The notes beneath the pieces are model-generated. The model made no database searches. It saw nothing but the letters and a program-made list of their open reading frames with translations, and had not been told where the DNA came from. The translations under genes and the position numbers were made by a program. Below, one piece after another: positions 1 through 10,300 of a stretch of 64,000 bases of DNA. This DNA is from an uncultured Chloroflexia bacterium. GTDB lineage: Bacteria > Chloroflexota > Limnocylindria > Limnocylindrales > CSP1-4. Location: positions 1,024,001 through 1,088,000 of the forward strand of contig CAVVJT010000010.1 in the NCBI GenBank assembly GCA_963748625.1, read 5' to 3'. Numbering within the stretch: position 1 is the first letter of the stretch; each line of letters starts with the position of its first letter.

Positions 1-257
1 AGGGTCATCCGGCTGATGTTCTCCTTGTCGGTCCGGGAGACCGCCAGGGAGTCGATGTTGAAATTGCGGGCCCGCATCAGGCTGGCCACCCGGTTGAGGA
101 CGCCGGGGCGGTCCATGACGAGAACGACGAGGATGTGGCGCTGGGCAGCGCCGGTGCCGGGCACGGCGCGGGCCGGCACGGTGTGGGCGATGGTCGCGGC
201 CGGGGCTGGGGTGGTATGCGCCGGGGCCTGGGGCTGGGGGGCGTTCTGAGCGCTCAT
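1..257 (-). CDS. ilvN: Acetolactate synthase small regulatory subunit (partial, runs off window)
   Basis: Manual translation MSAQ...RHILVVLVMDRPGVLNRVASLMRARNFNIDSLAVSRT (ACT domain); ATG at 257 overlaps the ilvB stop (ATGA). Confidence 0.93.
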   Translation of the reverse strand, partial: MSAQNAPQPQAPAHTTPAPAATIAHTVPARAVPGTGAAQRHILVVLVMDRPGVLNRVASLMRARNFNIDSLAVSRTDKENISRMT

Positions 258-2116
258 TCCTCGGGTGCTCCGTCGATCAGGTCGGACAGGCCCTTGCCCG
301 CGGGCATGATGGGGAAGACGTTCTGCTCCTCGACCGTCTCGAACCAGATCAGCGCGGGACCGTCGACGGCCTGCGCCTTGCGGATGGCGTCATCGACGCC
401 GTCCGTGGTGGTGACCTTGAAGGCGGGCACGCCGTAGGCCTGGGCCAGCATCACGAAGTCCGGGCCGGGCAGGTGGCTGGAGTGGTAGTTGCCCGCGTAG
501 AAGAGCTCCTGCCACTGGCGGATCATGCCCAGCTTGTGGTTGTCCAGGATCGCAATCTTGACCGGGATCCGGTCCGCGACCAGGGTCATGAGCTCCTGGC
601 TGGTCATCTGGAAGCCGCCGTCGCCGCAGACCGCCCATGTCTCGTTCCTGGGGTTGCCCAGGGCCGCACCCATGGCTGCGGGAACCGCGTACCCCATGGT
701 GCCCAGGCCGCCCGAGCTGATGTGGCTGTGGGGCCGGCGGAACTTGGTGTAGCGAGCGAGCCACATCTGGTTCTGGCCGACGTCCGCGACGTAGGTGGCC
801 ACGTGGCCGGTGAGGTCACCGATGCGCTCGCAGATGTAGTCCGCGGTGAGTGCGCCGGTCTGCCAGCCACCGGAGCCGTGCCAGGACGAGCCCTCGGACT
901 CCGTGCGCCACTCGGCGAGCTGGGCGAAGTACTCCTTGCGGGTCTCGGGAGCCACCGCGTGGACGAACTTGGTGAGGCCCTGGAGGACGTTCTTCGCGTC
1001 GCCCACGATCGGGACCTCGACCGCGACGTTCTTGCCGATCTCCGCGGGATCGATGTCCGCGTGGATGATCCGGGCGTACGGGGCGTAGGTCTTGACGCTG
1101 CCCGTGACCCGGTCGTCGAAGCGCATGCCGATGGCGATGAGCAGGTCGGCCGACTGGATCGCGCGGTTGACGTGCTTCCAGCCGTGCATGCCCATGTAGC
1201 CGTAGGCGAGCGGGTCGTCCTCGTCGATGACCCCGACGCCCAGGAGGGTCCAGGCCACGGGGATCTGGGCCTTGTCGGCGAAGGCCTTGAGCTCATCCCA
1301 GGCCTCGGCGATGAGGACGCCGTGCCCGGCCAGGATCAGCGGGCGCTTGGCGTTCGCGATCTCCCTGGCGGCCGTCTTGAGCTGCTTGGGGTGGCCCTCG
1401 AGGTTCGGGCGGAAGCCCGGGAGGCCGGCGATGACATCGTCGAGGGAGGGATGCTCGACGCGGGTCTCGGCCTGGAGGGCGTCCTTGGTGATGTCGATGT
1501 GGACCGGGCCCGGCCGTCCGTGGGCGGCGATGTAGAAGGCCTCGGCGACGATGCGCGGGATGTCGTCGGCGTTGCGGACCAGGTAGTTGTGCTTCGTCAT
1601 CGGCAGGGTGATGCCGGTGATGTCGATCTCCTGGAAGGCATCCTTCCCGATGAGGGCGCCGGGCACGTTGCCGGTGATCGCAACCATCGGCACGGAGTCC
1701 AGCTGTGCGGTGGCGATGCCGGTGACGAGGTTGGTGGCCCCTGGACCGCTGGTGCCCATGCAGACACCGACCCGGCCGCTGGCCCGCGCATAGCCGTCGG
1801 CCGCGTGGGCGCCGCCCTGCTCGTGGCGGACGAGGATGTGGCGGATCTGGGGGTAGTCGCCGAGGATGTCGTAGATCGGCAGGATCACGCCGCCCGGATA
1901 GCTGAAGAGCGTGTCGGCGCCCTGGAGGATGAGGGCCTCCATGAGCGCGTCGGCGCCGATCCGCGTCCGCTTCCTGCCGCGGACCTCATGGAGCATCTCC
2001 CGACGTGCCTGCTCGACCGCCGCGGCCGCCGCCGTGCCATCACCCGGCACATGGCTGCGACGCGGCGCGGTGTCATCGGCCGGACTGGCCGGCGACTCGC
2101 CCTTCGTCATCGTCAT
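254..2116 (-). CDS. ilvB: Acetolactate synthase large subunit
   Basis: FSYPGG, RHEQG, TSGPGATN, GMRFDDRVTG and ThDP motif GDGGFQM...N; start placed at MTMTKG (2116 or 2110). Confidence 0.96.
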   Translation of the reverse strand: MTMTKGESPASPADDTAPRRSHVPGDGTAAAAAVEQARREMLHEVRGRKRTRIGADALMEALILQGADTLFSYPGGVILPIYDILGDYPQIRHILVRHEQGGAHAADGYARASGRVGVCMGTSGPGATNLVTGIATAQLDSVPMVAITGNVPGALIGKDAFQEIDITGITLPMTKHNYLVRNADDIPRIVAEAFYIAAHGRPGPVHIDITKDALQAETRVEHPSLDDVIAGLPGFRPNLEGHPKQLKTAAREIANAKRPLILAGHGVLIAEAWDELKAFADKAQIPVAWTLLGVGVIDEDDPLAYGYMGMHGWKHVNRAIQSADLLIAIGMRFDDRVTGSVKTYAPYARIIHADIDPAEIGKNVAVEVPIVGDAKNVLQGLTKFVHAVAPETRKEYFAQLAEWRTESEGSSWHGSGGWQTGALTADYICERIGDLTGHVATYVADVGQNQMWLARYTKFRRPHSHISSGGLGTMGYAVPAAMGAALGNPRNETWAVCGDGGFQMTSQELMTLVADRIPVKIAILDNHKLGMIRQWQELFYAGNYHSSHLPGPDFVMLAQAYGVPAFKVTTTDGVDDAIRKAQAVDGPALIWFETVEEQNVFPIMPAGKGLSDLIDGAPEE

Positions 2117-2161
2117 CTCGGTTGCCTGGTCCCTCTCTCCGGCAGGTCCCGCGACCACCGG

Positions 2162-2194
2162 ACATACAAAGACCCTCGCCACCCGGCGAGGGTC
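2162..2194 (-). terminator. Intrinsic terminator/attenuator hairpin upstream of ilvB
   Basis: Perfect 10-bp stem GACCCTCGCC (2171-2180)/GGCGAGGGTC (2185-2194) followed on the minus strand by TTTGTATGT. Confidence 0.75.
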
Positions 2195-2219
2195 CCTTTG
2201 GTTCTCGGTGTCCGGCGCC

Positions 2220-2438
2220 TCAGTGGCTGCCGTCCTTCCGCGTTCCTCCGTTCTCCCGCCGGGAGCCGGTAATGAGGAGGCCAAGAAGGCCATCAAGCCC
2301 GGCGAGAAGGGAGCGAAGAAGGGATACGCCCTTGGAGTCCAGGTCGCTCAGGGGCACGGTCACGCGGCGGCCATCTGTCGTCACGACGACGGCGACCCGG
2401 TCCTTGCCGCTGAAGAAGCCCAAGCGTTCGACTCCCAT
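2220..2438 (-). CDS. Putative ilv leader peptide (Leu/Val/Ile-rich)
   Basis: MGVERL...VAVVV...VSLLRSLLAGLDGLLGLLITG...*; 9 Leu in 16 codons, 6 of them CTT; ends about 25 nt before the terminator; start uncertain. Confidence 0.6.
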   Translation of the reverse strand: MGVERLGFFSGKDRVAVVVTTDGRRVTVPLSDLDSKGVSLLRSLLAGLDGLLGLLITGSRRENGGTRKDGSH

Positions 2439-2556
2439 TGCCCGCGCTGCGGCGGGTGCGCGAAGTCTAGGGGACGCGCGTGCGTGCTGCAACCGCCGTG
2501 CCGAACCGCAACCTTCGGCCCGCGGGCGCTCCGGGGTCGGACCTACCTCGCCGGGC

Positions 2557-2710
2557 GGGGCACCCCAAGCCCCACTTTCGACCCTGGGGCGTCGGTTTGG
2601 GGCTTTCCCCGCCCCAATTCGACCGCCGGCGGCCCGGAATTGCCGCCAAAGGGGGCTTCCGGCGCCCCGGTTCGACGGGTGGGCGCAGCAACCGGGGCTT
2701 CGCACGCCCC
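2557..2710. repeat. Array of four GGGGC-N7-GCCCC palindromic boxes (copy 1)
   Basis: Boxes start at 2557, 2599, 2652, 2694 (spacing 42/53/42); first three followed by TTCGAC. Confidence 0.85.
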
Positions 2711-2767
2711 ACACCGCGGGGAGCAGTCGCCAAGCGGGCAGTAAGCCTGCGCGTTCATTGTGGCGGC

Positions 2768-3492
2768 ATGACGACAGACAGGCAGAAGGCGGCGGCCGCC
2801 GTTACGAGCCGCATCTACACGAGGTTTCGCGATGACCTTCGCAGTCAAATGGACGATGCCGGTCTCTCCGCACGCCGTCTGGCCGCGGCCGCCGGGATGG
2901 ACCACGGATTCCTCGGCCGGATTCTCTCAGCCGACGTCCAGCCCAGCGTGGAGACGATGGCTCGCCTGTGCGTGACCCTGAACGTGGATCTCTCGCTCAA
3001 GCTCTTCCCCAACGCCGGGCCCCACATCCGGGATCGCTGGCAGGCACCCATGCTGGAGGAGGTGCTGCGGGTCCGGCACCCGCGCTGGGAGCCCTACCCG
3101 GAGGCCTTCGTCACGCGACCCGTCCAGGGCTGGATCGACGTCGCCCTCCACGAGCGCCGCGAGCGCGTGCTCCTCGCCACCGAGCTCCAGTCGGAGCTGC
3201 GCCGCCTCGAGCAACTCGTCCGCTGGCAGGCGGCCAAGGCCGGGTCGCTGCTGTCATGGGAAGGCTTCGACCGGCTGGGCGAGGAGCCCCGGATCTCGCA
3301 GCTGCTCATCGTCCGGCGCACGCGCGCCACCCGGGCCGTCGCAGCCGAGTACCAGCGCCAACTGCTCGCGGCCTTCCCCGCACACCCCGACGACGCGATC
3401 GTGGCACTGACCGGGACGAACCCGTGGCCCGGCGCCGCCCTCGCCTGGATGGTGGTGGATGCGCAGGGGCGCGGCTCGTGCCGGGGCGGTGA
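2768..3492 (+). CDS. XRE-family HTH protein with C-terminal restriction-endonuclease-like (PD-(D/E)XK-like) domain; probable 1-nt indel near 3460
   Basis: N-terminal [20 protein letters not shown]...[12 protein letters not shown]; C-terminal PEAFV...GWIDVALH...LATELQSEL; a natural-looking end GARLVPGR* at 3492 lies in another frame. Confidence 0.7.
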
Positions 3493-3553
3493 GCGCTGGT
3501 ACCCTAGGGCGCCCCGCCCCCGAAGCAAGACCCGCAGCATGAAAAGACACGCG

Positions 3554-4996
3554 ATGACCCGACCGCGCACCCTCGTCGAGAAGATCTGGGACCAGCACGT
3601 CGTCACCGAGGACGACGGCGCCCCCGCCCTCCTCGCCATCGACCTCCACCTCGTCCACGAGGTGACCAGCCCCCAGGCCTTCACCGGGCTCCGGACCCGG
3701 GACGCCAAGGTCCGCCGCCCGGACAAGACCGTCGCCACCGCCGACCACAGCACGCCCACGACGCCCCGCGGCCTGCCGATCCTGGACCTCCAGGGCGCAG
3801 CCCAGATCAAGCAGCTCGAGACGAACTGCGCTGACTTCGGCATCCCGATCCACGCCTACGGCAGCGACACCCAGGGCATCGTCCACGTCATCGGCCCGGA
3901 GCTCGGCCTGACGCAGCCCGGCATGACCATCGTCTGCGGCGACTCCCACACGGCCACCCACGGCGCGTTCGGCGCGCTGGCCTTCGGCATCGGGACGAGC
4001 GAGGTCGAGATGGTCCTCGCCACCCAGACCCTGCTGCAGCGCAAGCCGAAGACCTACGAGGTCCGCGTCGACGGCACCCTCAAGCCGGGCGTCTCCGCGA
4101 AGGACATCATCCTCGCCCTGATCGCCCGGATCGGCACCGGTGGCGGGACCGGCCACGTCTTCGAGTTCACCGGCGAGGCCATCCGCGCGCTCAACATGGA
4201 GCAGCGGATGACCATCTGCAACATGAGCATCGAGGGCGGCGCGCGGGCCGGCCTGGTCGCCCCCGACGACGTCACCTACGAGTACCTCCGCGGCCGCAGG
4301 CATGCCCCCCAAGGCGAAGCCTTCGACGAGGCCGTCGCGCGCTGGCGCCAGCTCCCGAGCGACGACGGCGCCGTCTACGACAAGACGATCGTCATCGACG
4401 CCGACACGCTCGAGCCGATGGTCACCTACGGCACCAACCCGGGCATGGGCATCCCGGTGACCGGCCACATCCCGACCTCGGACGAGATGCCCGACGACTC
4501 GGCCCGCCGCGGCCTCGAGAAGAGCCTCGCCTACATGAACCTGACCCCCGGCCAGGCGATCGCGGGCCAGCCGGTCGATGTCGTCTTCATCGGCTCCTGC
4601 ACGAACAGCCGCATCAGCGACCTCCGCCTCGCCGCCGCCGTCCTCAAGGGCCACAAGGTCGCAGAGACCACCCGCGTCATGATCGTCCCGGGCTCCCAGC
4701 AGGTGAAGGCCCAGGCTGAGCGCGAGGGCCTCGACGAGATCTTCAAGGCTGCCGGCGCCGAGTGGCGCGAGGCCGGCTGCTCGATGTGCCTCGCCATGAA
4801 CGGCGACCAGCTCTCCCCCGGGCAGTACGCCGTGAGCACGTCCAACCGCAACTTCGAGGGCCGCCAGGGCAAGGGCGGCCGCACGTTCCTCGCCAGCCCG
4901 CTGACCGCGGCCGCCTCGGCGATCAACGGCGTCGTCACCGATCCCCGCACCATCGAAGGCGTCGAGGACCTGGTCACCGTCGGCGGAGGGTACTGA
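3554..4996 (+). CDS. leuC: 3-isopropylmalate dehydratase large subunit
   Basis: [52 protein letters not shown]. Confidence 0.97.
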   Translation: MTRPRTLVEKIWDQHVVTEDDGAPALLAIDLHLVHEVTSPQAFTGLRTRDAKVRRPDKTVATADHSTPTTPRGLPILDLQGAAQIKQLETNCADFGIPIHAYGSDTQGIVHVIGPELGLTQPGMTIVCGDSHTATHGAFGALAFGIGTSEVEMVLATQTLLQRKPKTYEVRVDGTLKPGVSAKDIILALIARIGTGGGTGHVFEFTGEAIRALNMEQRMTICNMSIEGGARAGLVAPDDVTYEYLRGRRHAPQGEAFDEAVARWRQLPSDDGAVYDKTIVIDADTLEPMVTYGTNPGMGIPVTGHIPTSDEMPDDSARRGLEKSLAYMNLTPGQAIAGQPVDVVFIGSCTNSRISDLRLAAAVLKGHKVAETTRVMIVPGSQQVKAQAEREGLDEIFKAAGAEWREAGCSMCLAMNGDQLSPGQYAVSTSNRNFEGRQGKGGRTFLASPLTAAASAINGVVTDPRTIEGVEDLVTVGGGY

Positions 4997-4997
4997 G

Positions 4998-5630
4998 ATG
5001 CCGGAGCCGTTCGTCTCCTTCTCCAGCAAGGCGGTTCCGATCCGCGCCGAGAACGTCGACACGGACCAGATCGTCCCCGCGCGCTACCTCAAGGTCACGA
5101 ACAAGGACGGCCTCGCCGACGCCCTCTTCCACGACTGGCGCTACAACGAGGACGGCACCCTCAAGGAGCCGCGCTTCATCATCGACGAGCCACAGCACGC
5201 GGGCGCCAGGATCCTTGTCGTCGGCGACAACTTCGGCTCCGGGTCCTCGCGCGAGCACGCGCCGTGGGCGCTCCGGGCGTGGGGCATCCAGGCCATCTTC
5301 TCCACCTCGTATGCGGACATCTTCAGGAGCAACAGCCTCAAGAACGGCGTGCTCCCGATCGTGGTCGACAAGGCCACGCATGAGCGCCTGTTCGCCATGG
5401 TCGAGGCCGACCCCGATGCCGAGTTTCGCGTGGACCTCGCCGAGCAGGGCGTTCTCCTGCCGGACGGCAGCACGCTCGACTTCGACATCGACCCGTTCAG
5501 CAAGGTGATGCTGATGGCCGGCACCGACGAGATCGGCTACGTCCTCTCCAAGAGCGACGCGATCGCCGCTTGGGAGCAGGCGAACCCGTCCCGCATCGAC
5601 ACGCGCGCAGGCTCGCCGCTCGCGGTCTGA
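4998..5630 (+). CDS. leuD: 3-isopropylmalate dehydratase small subunit
   Basis: NVDTDQIVPARYL, NFGSGSSREHAPWAL; directly follows leuC. Confidence 0.97.
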   Translation: MPEPFVSFSSKAVPIRAENVDTDQIVPARYLKVTNKDGLADALFHDWRYNEDGTLKEPRFIIDEPQHAGARILVVGDNFGSGSSREHAPWALRAWGIQAIFSTSYADIFRSNSLKNGVLPIVVDKATHERLFAMVEADPDAEFRVDLAEQGVLLPDGSTLDFDIDPFSKVMLMAGTDEIGYVLSKSDAIAAWEQANPSRIDTRAGSPLAV

Positions 5631-5818
5631 ACGCCCGTGCTGCTCGTGCGCACCACCTGTCGAAGTTTGGCGCAACTGGACCCTCGACTCAGCCCGGCGT
5701 CCGGCTAGGATCGGGCTTCACAGCAGGCCGCACGGGCGCGGCCGGCGTCCCCCTCCGAGGGGCTCATCGACACCGGACCGCAGACACGGTCTGGCGCAGG
5801 GCAGGGAGAGACCACACC

Positions 5819-7753
5819 GTGTCATCGTCCGCCACCGGTTCGCGCCGGCCGATCCGCCACACCATCGTCCGTGCGGTCACCGCACTGCTGCTCGCCGTGG
5901 CGCTGCTTGGCGCACCGGTGGGCGCGAAGCCAGCCACGGGTGCTGGTGGCGGCTGGTACGAGGGCGCCATCCAGTACTCGTACGTCACCAACTGCGTGAG
6001 CATCATCCAGGGTCTGCCCTACCTGGAGCTCGGCGCGGGCGTCTATGTCGGCTACTACGCGAACCCGGACACCAGCCTCCCGGCCGTCAACCAGGTCTAC
6101 TACGTCCACGCCGTGATGTACGGCCTCGGCAACGCCTGCTCGGGCCAGTACGGCGCCCCGTATCTCGTCCTGCCGAAGAACACGCAGCTCGCGATCTCGG
6201 GCACCAACCCGGTGCGCTGCTACACGGCGCAGGGCCAGGACACCGTCAACTGCCCCCAGAGCCTCCCGTTCAACTCAGGCTACGGCGGCTACCTGATCAA
6301 GCCCACGTCCCAGACGATGTGGCCGCTGCCCCAGGGCGGTGCCTGGGAGTTCCAGGTGCCGGTGATCTCGTCCACCACCCTCACGAGCGAGCCATTCGGC
6401 GCCTACTTCGTCATGGCCGACGGGAACGCCAACCCCACCATCCCTGCCAGCCAGAATGTCTTCGTGTTCAGCGGGACGTCCAACCCGAAGCCGGCCATCG
6501 TCTATCCCACCCCCACGACGCGCGAGATCACGCGGACCGCAGCCAAGAGCTACGCGAACATCTACACCGGCGGCCTCGGCGGGACCGTCCACTTCCAGCT
6601 GGGCACGACGGCCTCGTACGGAGCCTACGAGAGCAGCTTCCACCTCGACGCCGGGCAGGCGAACTGGGAGCTCTTCGACGACTGGACGCCCACGGTCCTG
6701 ACTCCCGACACCCTCTACCACTTCCGCATGTGGTTCGATCCCGACACAACCGGGCTCGCGAACGTCTTCGGCACCGACCAGACCTTCCGCACCCTCGGCG
6801 CCGCCAGGACCTTTGCAGTCGGCGGGCTCGCGGGCGGCCAGCCGGGCGGCACCGCGCTCACCGTCACCGTCACAGCGAAGGACGCCTCCGCGGCCCCGCA
6901 GACCTCGACCACCTATCGCGGCACCGTCCAGTTCTCCAGCGACGACGTCAACGCCCAACTCCCCGCCGACTACACCTTCACCGCGGGCGACAACGGCAGC
7001 AAGACGTTCACCGTCAAGTTCATGACCGCGGGGACCCACACGCTGACGGTCCGCGACAAGGCCGACTCCTCGATCACGGGCGCCCAGGGCGGCGTCTCGG
7101 TCACGAGCACGGTCACCCCGCCCACCGCGACGATCACCGCCCTGTCCGCGTGGAAGGCGAGCCTCTCAACCGCCGTCGCCTGGAACGGCGCCGGCGGTGC
7201 CGTCAACTACGACGTCCGCTACCGCAAGGCGGCGTACAGCGGCGCGTTCGGCAGCCCGGTCGTCTGGAAGTCGGCCACGACGGCAAAGAGCGGGACCTTC
7301 GCGGCCGCCGCAGGCTCCACGTACTGCTGGTCCGCGCGCTCGCGGGCCACCTCCGGGGCCGTATCCGCCTGGACGAAGGAGACCTGCACGGCGATCCCGC
7401 TCGACGAGCGCTCGATGACGAAGTCCGGCCGCTGGACGGCGGGATCAGGCTCCGCGTACTACAAGAGCACGTACCTGCGCTCGACCACCAAGGGCGCCAA
7501 GCTCACCCGCAGCGGCACCCAGGCGAAGCGCATCGCCCTCGTGGCCCAGACCTGCCCGACGTGCGGCAAGGCGAGCGTCTATCTCAACGGGACCCTGCTC
7601 AAGACGGTCAGCCTGGTGTCGTCCACCACCAGGAACAAGCGGATCATCCCGATCGCCACGTTCAGCGACGTCCGCACCGGGACCTTGGTCGTCAAGGTGG
7701 CGACCAGCGGCAAGAAGGTCCTGGTGGACGGGGTCGTGATCAGCCGGAACTAG
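5819..7753 (+). CDS. Secreted multidomain protein with Ig/FN3-like beta-rich modules
   Basis: GGGAG SD then GTG; signal-peptide-like TALLLAVALLGAP; Thr/Gly/Tyr-rich domains, YDVRYR...YCWSAR FN3-like segment, C-terminal TCPTCGK domain. Confidence 0.7.
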   Translation: MSSSATGSRRPIRHTIVRAVTALLLAVALLGAPVGAKPATGAGGGWYEGAIQYSYVTNCVSIIQGLPYLELGAGVYVGYYANPDTSLPAVNQVYYVHAVMYGLGNACSGQYGAPYLVLPKNTQLAISGTNPVRCYTAQGQDTVNCPQSLPFNSGYGGYLIKPTSQTMWPLPQGGAWEFQVPVISSTTLTSEPFGAYFVMADGNANPTIPASQNVFVFSGTSNPKPAIVYPTPTTREITRTAAKSYANIYTGGLGGTVHFQLGTTASYGAYESSFHLDAGQANWELFDDWTPTVLTPDTLYHFRMWFDPDTTGLANVFGTDQTFRTLGAARTFAVGGLAGGQPGGTALTVTVTAKDASAAPQTSTTYRGTVQFSSDDVNAQLPADYTFTAGDNGSKTFTVKFMTAGTHTLTVRDKADSSITGAQGGVSVTSTVTPPTATITALSAWKASLSTAVAWNGAGGAVNYDVRYRKAAYSGAFGSPVVWKSATTAKSGTFAAAAGSTYCWSARSRATSGAVSAWTKETCTAIPLDERSMTKSGRWTAGSGSAYYKSTYLRSTTKGAKLTRSGTQAKRIALVAQTCPTCGKASVYLNGTLLKTVSLVSSTTRNKRIIPIATFSDVRTGTLVVKVATSGKKVLVDGVVISRN

Positions 7754-10296
7754 GAGGCGCCAGGCCCACCGGAGTCTGGGTCGGCTTCGACCTGCACCTG
7801 GCCGGTCATCCCGTCCACGAGCACCGTCGCGCCGTCAGGGATCGACGTCGTCGCCTCGTGCACGGACACCACGCACGGGATGCCGTACTCGCGGGCCACC
7901 ACTGCGGCGTGGGACAGGATGCCACCGGCCTCGGTCACGACGGCTGATGCCCGCCCGAACAGCGGCGTCCAGGCGACATCGGCAAACGGCACCACGAGGA
8001 CGTCGCCGGGCTGGACACGCCCGACGTCCGTGACGCCGGTGACCACCCGCGCGGGTCCGCGGGCCGTGCCGCGTGCCGCCGGGATCCCGGTGAGGACGGC
8101 GGCCCGCCCGTCGGCAGGGAGCGGCACGAAGGCGTCGCCGTACACGATGGGCGGCACCACCAGGTTCGCCGCCTGCTCCACCTCCTGGCGACGGGTGCGG
8201 ACGACCTCGGCCGGGATGCCGGCTGGGATCGGGTCGCCGGCGACGATGGCGCGCAGCTCGTCCAGGCGCAGCTCCATCACGTCCTCGGGCCGGTCCAGGA
8301 CGCCTCGCTCCACGAGGCCGACGCCGAGGGCCAGGAAGGCCGGTCGGAAGAGGCCGTAGGCCCGCGCCCAGGCGGCACCGACGGCATCGCGATACACGCG
8401 GAAGGCGCCTGCCCGCCGCCACAGGAGCCGGACGAGCGGGCGTTGCGCGGGCGGCGTCCGCTCAAGCAGATCTGCGAAGCCGCCATCGGCCCGACCTGAC
8501 GCCGGGGACAGGTGGGCACAAGCGAGCCGCACGACATCGTCCGGGCGCTCCCGCCAGGCCGGCCGGGAGAGGTCGTTCGGGCTGTCCGAGAGGAGTCCAT
8601 CGCGGGCCAGGTAGGCCTTGAGCGCCGCGCCGAAGGTCGCCAGGCCGTGGTCATCGTCCGCCGCGACCGCCCCCTGGTCCTCGAGCTTCGCTCGTGCCTC
8701 GGGTGGCAGCGCCGCCGCGGCTGCGGCCAGCCGCCCCATGGCGGCCCCCGGGCCCCACGCACCGCGGTCGGCCCGCCCGGCGGTGGGGTCCAGCTCGAGT
8801 GGATCAACCCCGGTCCGGGTCGCCCAGCGGGCGAGCGCACGGTCGTAGAGCGCCATCGCCAGCGGTACGACGATGTTGGCGTATGCCGCCCGGCGGGCCA
8901 GCGCCGCCACCGCGTCCACGTGCGCCACCAGCGCAGGCCCGTCGAGACGCTCGACCTCCACGGCAGCCAGAGCCTGGGTCTCGACCTCCAGCGCACCGAT
9001 CTCGGCGCGCGCCCACCGCCCCCGGGCCAGGGTCCGTCGCGCGGTGGCGGCCAGCCGCGGCAGGTGCCGGACGGCCGAGTTGCCGGGTCGGAAGCGCGGC
9101 GCTTCGGGGCCCTTGGGCAGGCCGAGCAGCAGCTCCAAGGTGTCGAACGGCATGCCCACCGCCTCGAACACGCCGCCGATGGTGGTCATGTCGAAGTAGG
9201 CGCGGTAGCCGAACGACCGGGCAAGATCCTCGGGAGCCAGGTCGAGCGGCCCGACGAGCTCCTCCAGCACGCGCAGCCAGGCCGAGTTCACCACCGGGAT
9301 GTTCACCGACCACACGAGCGGCCGGATCACCCCGGGGAGGACGTCCCGGGCAATGCGGTTGGAGTAGATCCGGAGCCCTGTCAGCCCCGTCATGGGGCGC
9401 ACCTGCAGCCACCAGGTCGCGCTGCCGTCGTTCGCCCACTCGAGATCGACAGGATGCCCGGCGAGTCGCGCGAGCCGGCGCGTCTCGCGGACCACCTCCT
9501 CGATGACCGGTCCTGGCACGCGCGGCGCCGTCGGCGACTCGGTGAACGCACCCCAGCGCCAGACCCAGCGATCGGGCGTGGCGCCGTCGTCGGCGATCCG
9601 GTCCCCCCGGGCATCGAGCGCCTCGACGACCACCTCATCGAGACCGGTGAGCGGGTTGCGGCTGAACGCGATGCCCGCGCTGGACCGGGGCACCATCGAC
9701 TGGACGATCACGCCCACCCGGGTCGGGACCGGGACGCCGAGCCGCTCGGCGTACGCTGCGAGCCGGGCGCCGTCCGGCGTGGCGACCTCGCGGACCGCCG
9801 CAAGCACACCGTCGGCCGGCACGTCCAGCCGGCTCTCGAACTGCCCGGCGAACGAGCGGAGCTCCCCGTCCTCGCCCTCCGCCGACGAGCGCACCGCGTA
9901 GGTCCCAGCAGGGTCGAGCCACCGCCGAAGGGCTCCAGCGGTCAGCTCCGTGGCAAGCGTCTCGCCGGCCGCCGCCCTGCCAGCGATGTCGGCGGGCACG
10001 GCGACCGCGGGCGGGACCGGGACGCCGGCACGGGCGAGCCACCCGATCGAGGCCGCCTTGGCACCCACCGCCGCGAGGTCCGGCCGCGACTTGGCCCCGA
10101 GGTCCACGAGGGGCCTCGAGGGCGGGCCATGGCTGGCGCCCCGATCCGCGCGGGGATCGCGGGCGGGAGCGGCGGGTTCGGCCGGACGCGGGCCTGGCGC
10201 CGTTCCGAGCCCTCCACCCGCGCTCGTCGCGGCCTCCGTGGCCCGGCGGCTCGCGGGAGCCGCACGCCCCTTGTCGTGATCGCCGCCGTGACCCAC
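7750..10296 (-). CDS. PEP-utilising enzyme (PEP/pyruvate-binding ATP-grasp domain + C-terminal swivel phospho-His domain; RPH/PEP-synthase-like)
   Basis: VGAKAA, AVRSSAEGED...SFAGQFES, DLEWA...LQVRP, GGILSHAAVVAREYGIP; start approximate. Confidence 0.85.
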   Translation of the reverse strand: MGHGGDHDKGRAAPASRRATEAATSAGGGLGTAPGPRPAEPAAPARDPRADRGASHGPPSRPLVDLGAKSRPDLAAVGAKAASIGWLARAGVPVPPAVAVPADIAGRAAAGETLATELTAGALRRWLDPAGTYAVRSSAEGEDGELRSFAGQFESRLDVPADGVLAAVREVATPDGARLAAYAERLGVPVPTRVGVIVQSMVPRSSAGIAFSRNPLTGLDEVVVEALDARGDRIADDGATPDRWVWRWGAFTESPTAPRVPGPVIEEVVRETRRLARLAGHPVDLEWANDGSATWWLQVRPMTGLTGLRIYSNRIARDVLPGVIRPLVWSVNIPVVNSAWLRVLEELVGPLDLAPEDLARSFGYRAYFDMTTIGGVFEAVGMPFDTLELLLGLPKGPEAPRFRPGNSAVRHLPRLAATARRTLARGRWARAEIGALEVETQALAAVEVERLDGPALVAHVDAVAALARRAAYANIVVPLAMALYDRALARWATRTGVDPLELDPTAGRADRGAWGPGAAMGRLAAAAAALPPEARAKLEDQGAVAADDDHGLATFGAALKAYLARDGLLSDSPNDLSRPAWRERPDDVVRLACAHLSPASGRADGGFADLLERTPPAQRPLVRLLWRRAGAFRVYRDAVGAAWARAYGLFRPAFLALGVGLVERGVLDRPEDVMELRLDELRAIVAGDPIPAGIPAEVVRTRRQEVEQAANLVVPPIVYGDAFVPLPADGRAAVLTGIPAARGTARGPARVVTGVTDVGRVQPGDVLVVPFADVAWTPLFGRASAVVTEAGGILSHAAVVAREYGIPCVVSVHEATTSIPDGATVLVDGMTGQVQVEADPDSGGPGAS

Positions 10297-10300
10297 CGGC

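Noticed and set aside
2557-2710. GGGGC arrays as CRISPR or mini-CRISPR
   Set aside because: Only 5+5 bp are conserved per unit, linkers are homologous between the two copies, and no cas genes are present.
2480-4996. Apparent 838-aa fusion of the XRE/nuclease-like protein to LeuC
   Set aside because: Adding one G near 3460 gives a natural end ([11 protein letters not shown] at 3492), and leuC has its own start at 3554. With other indels in the window, an error is more likely; read alignment would decide.
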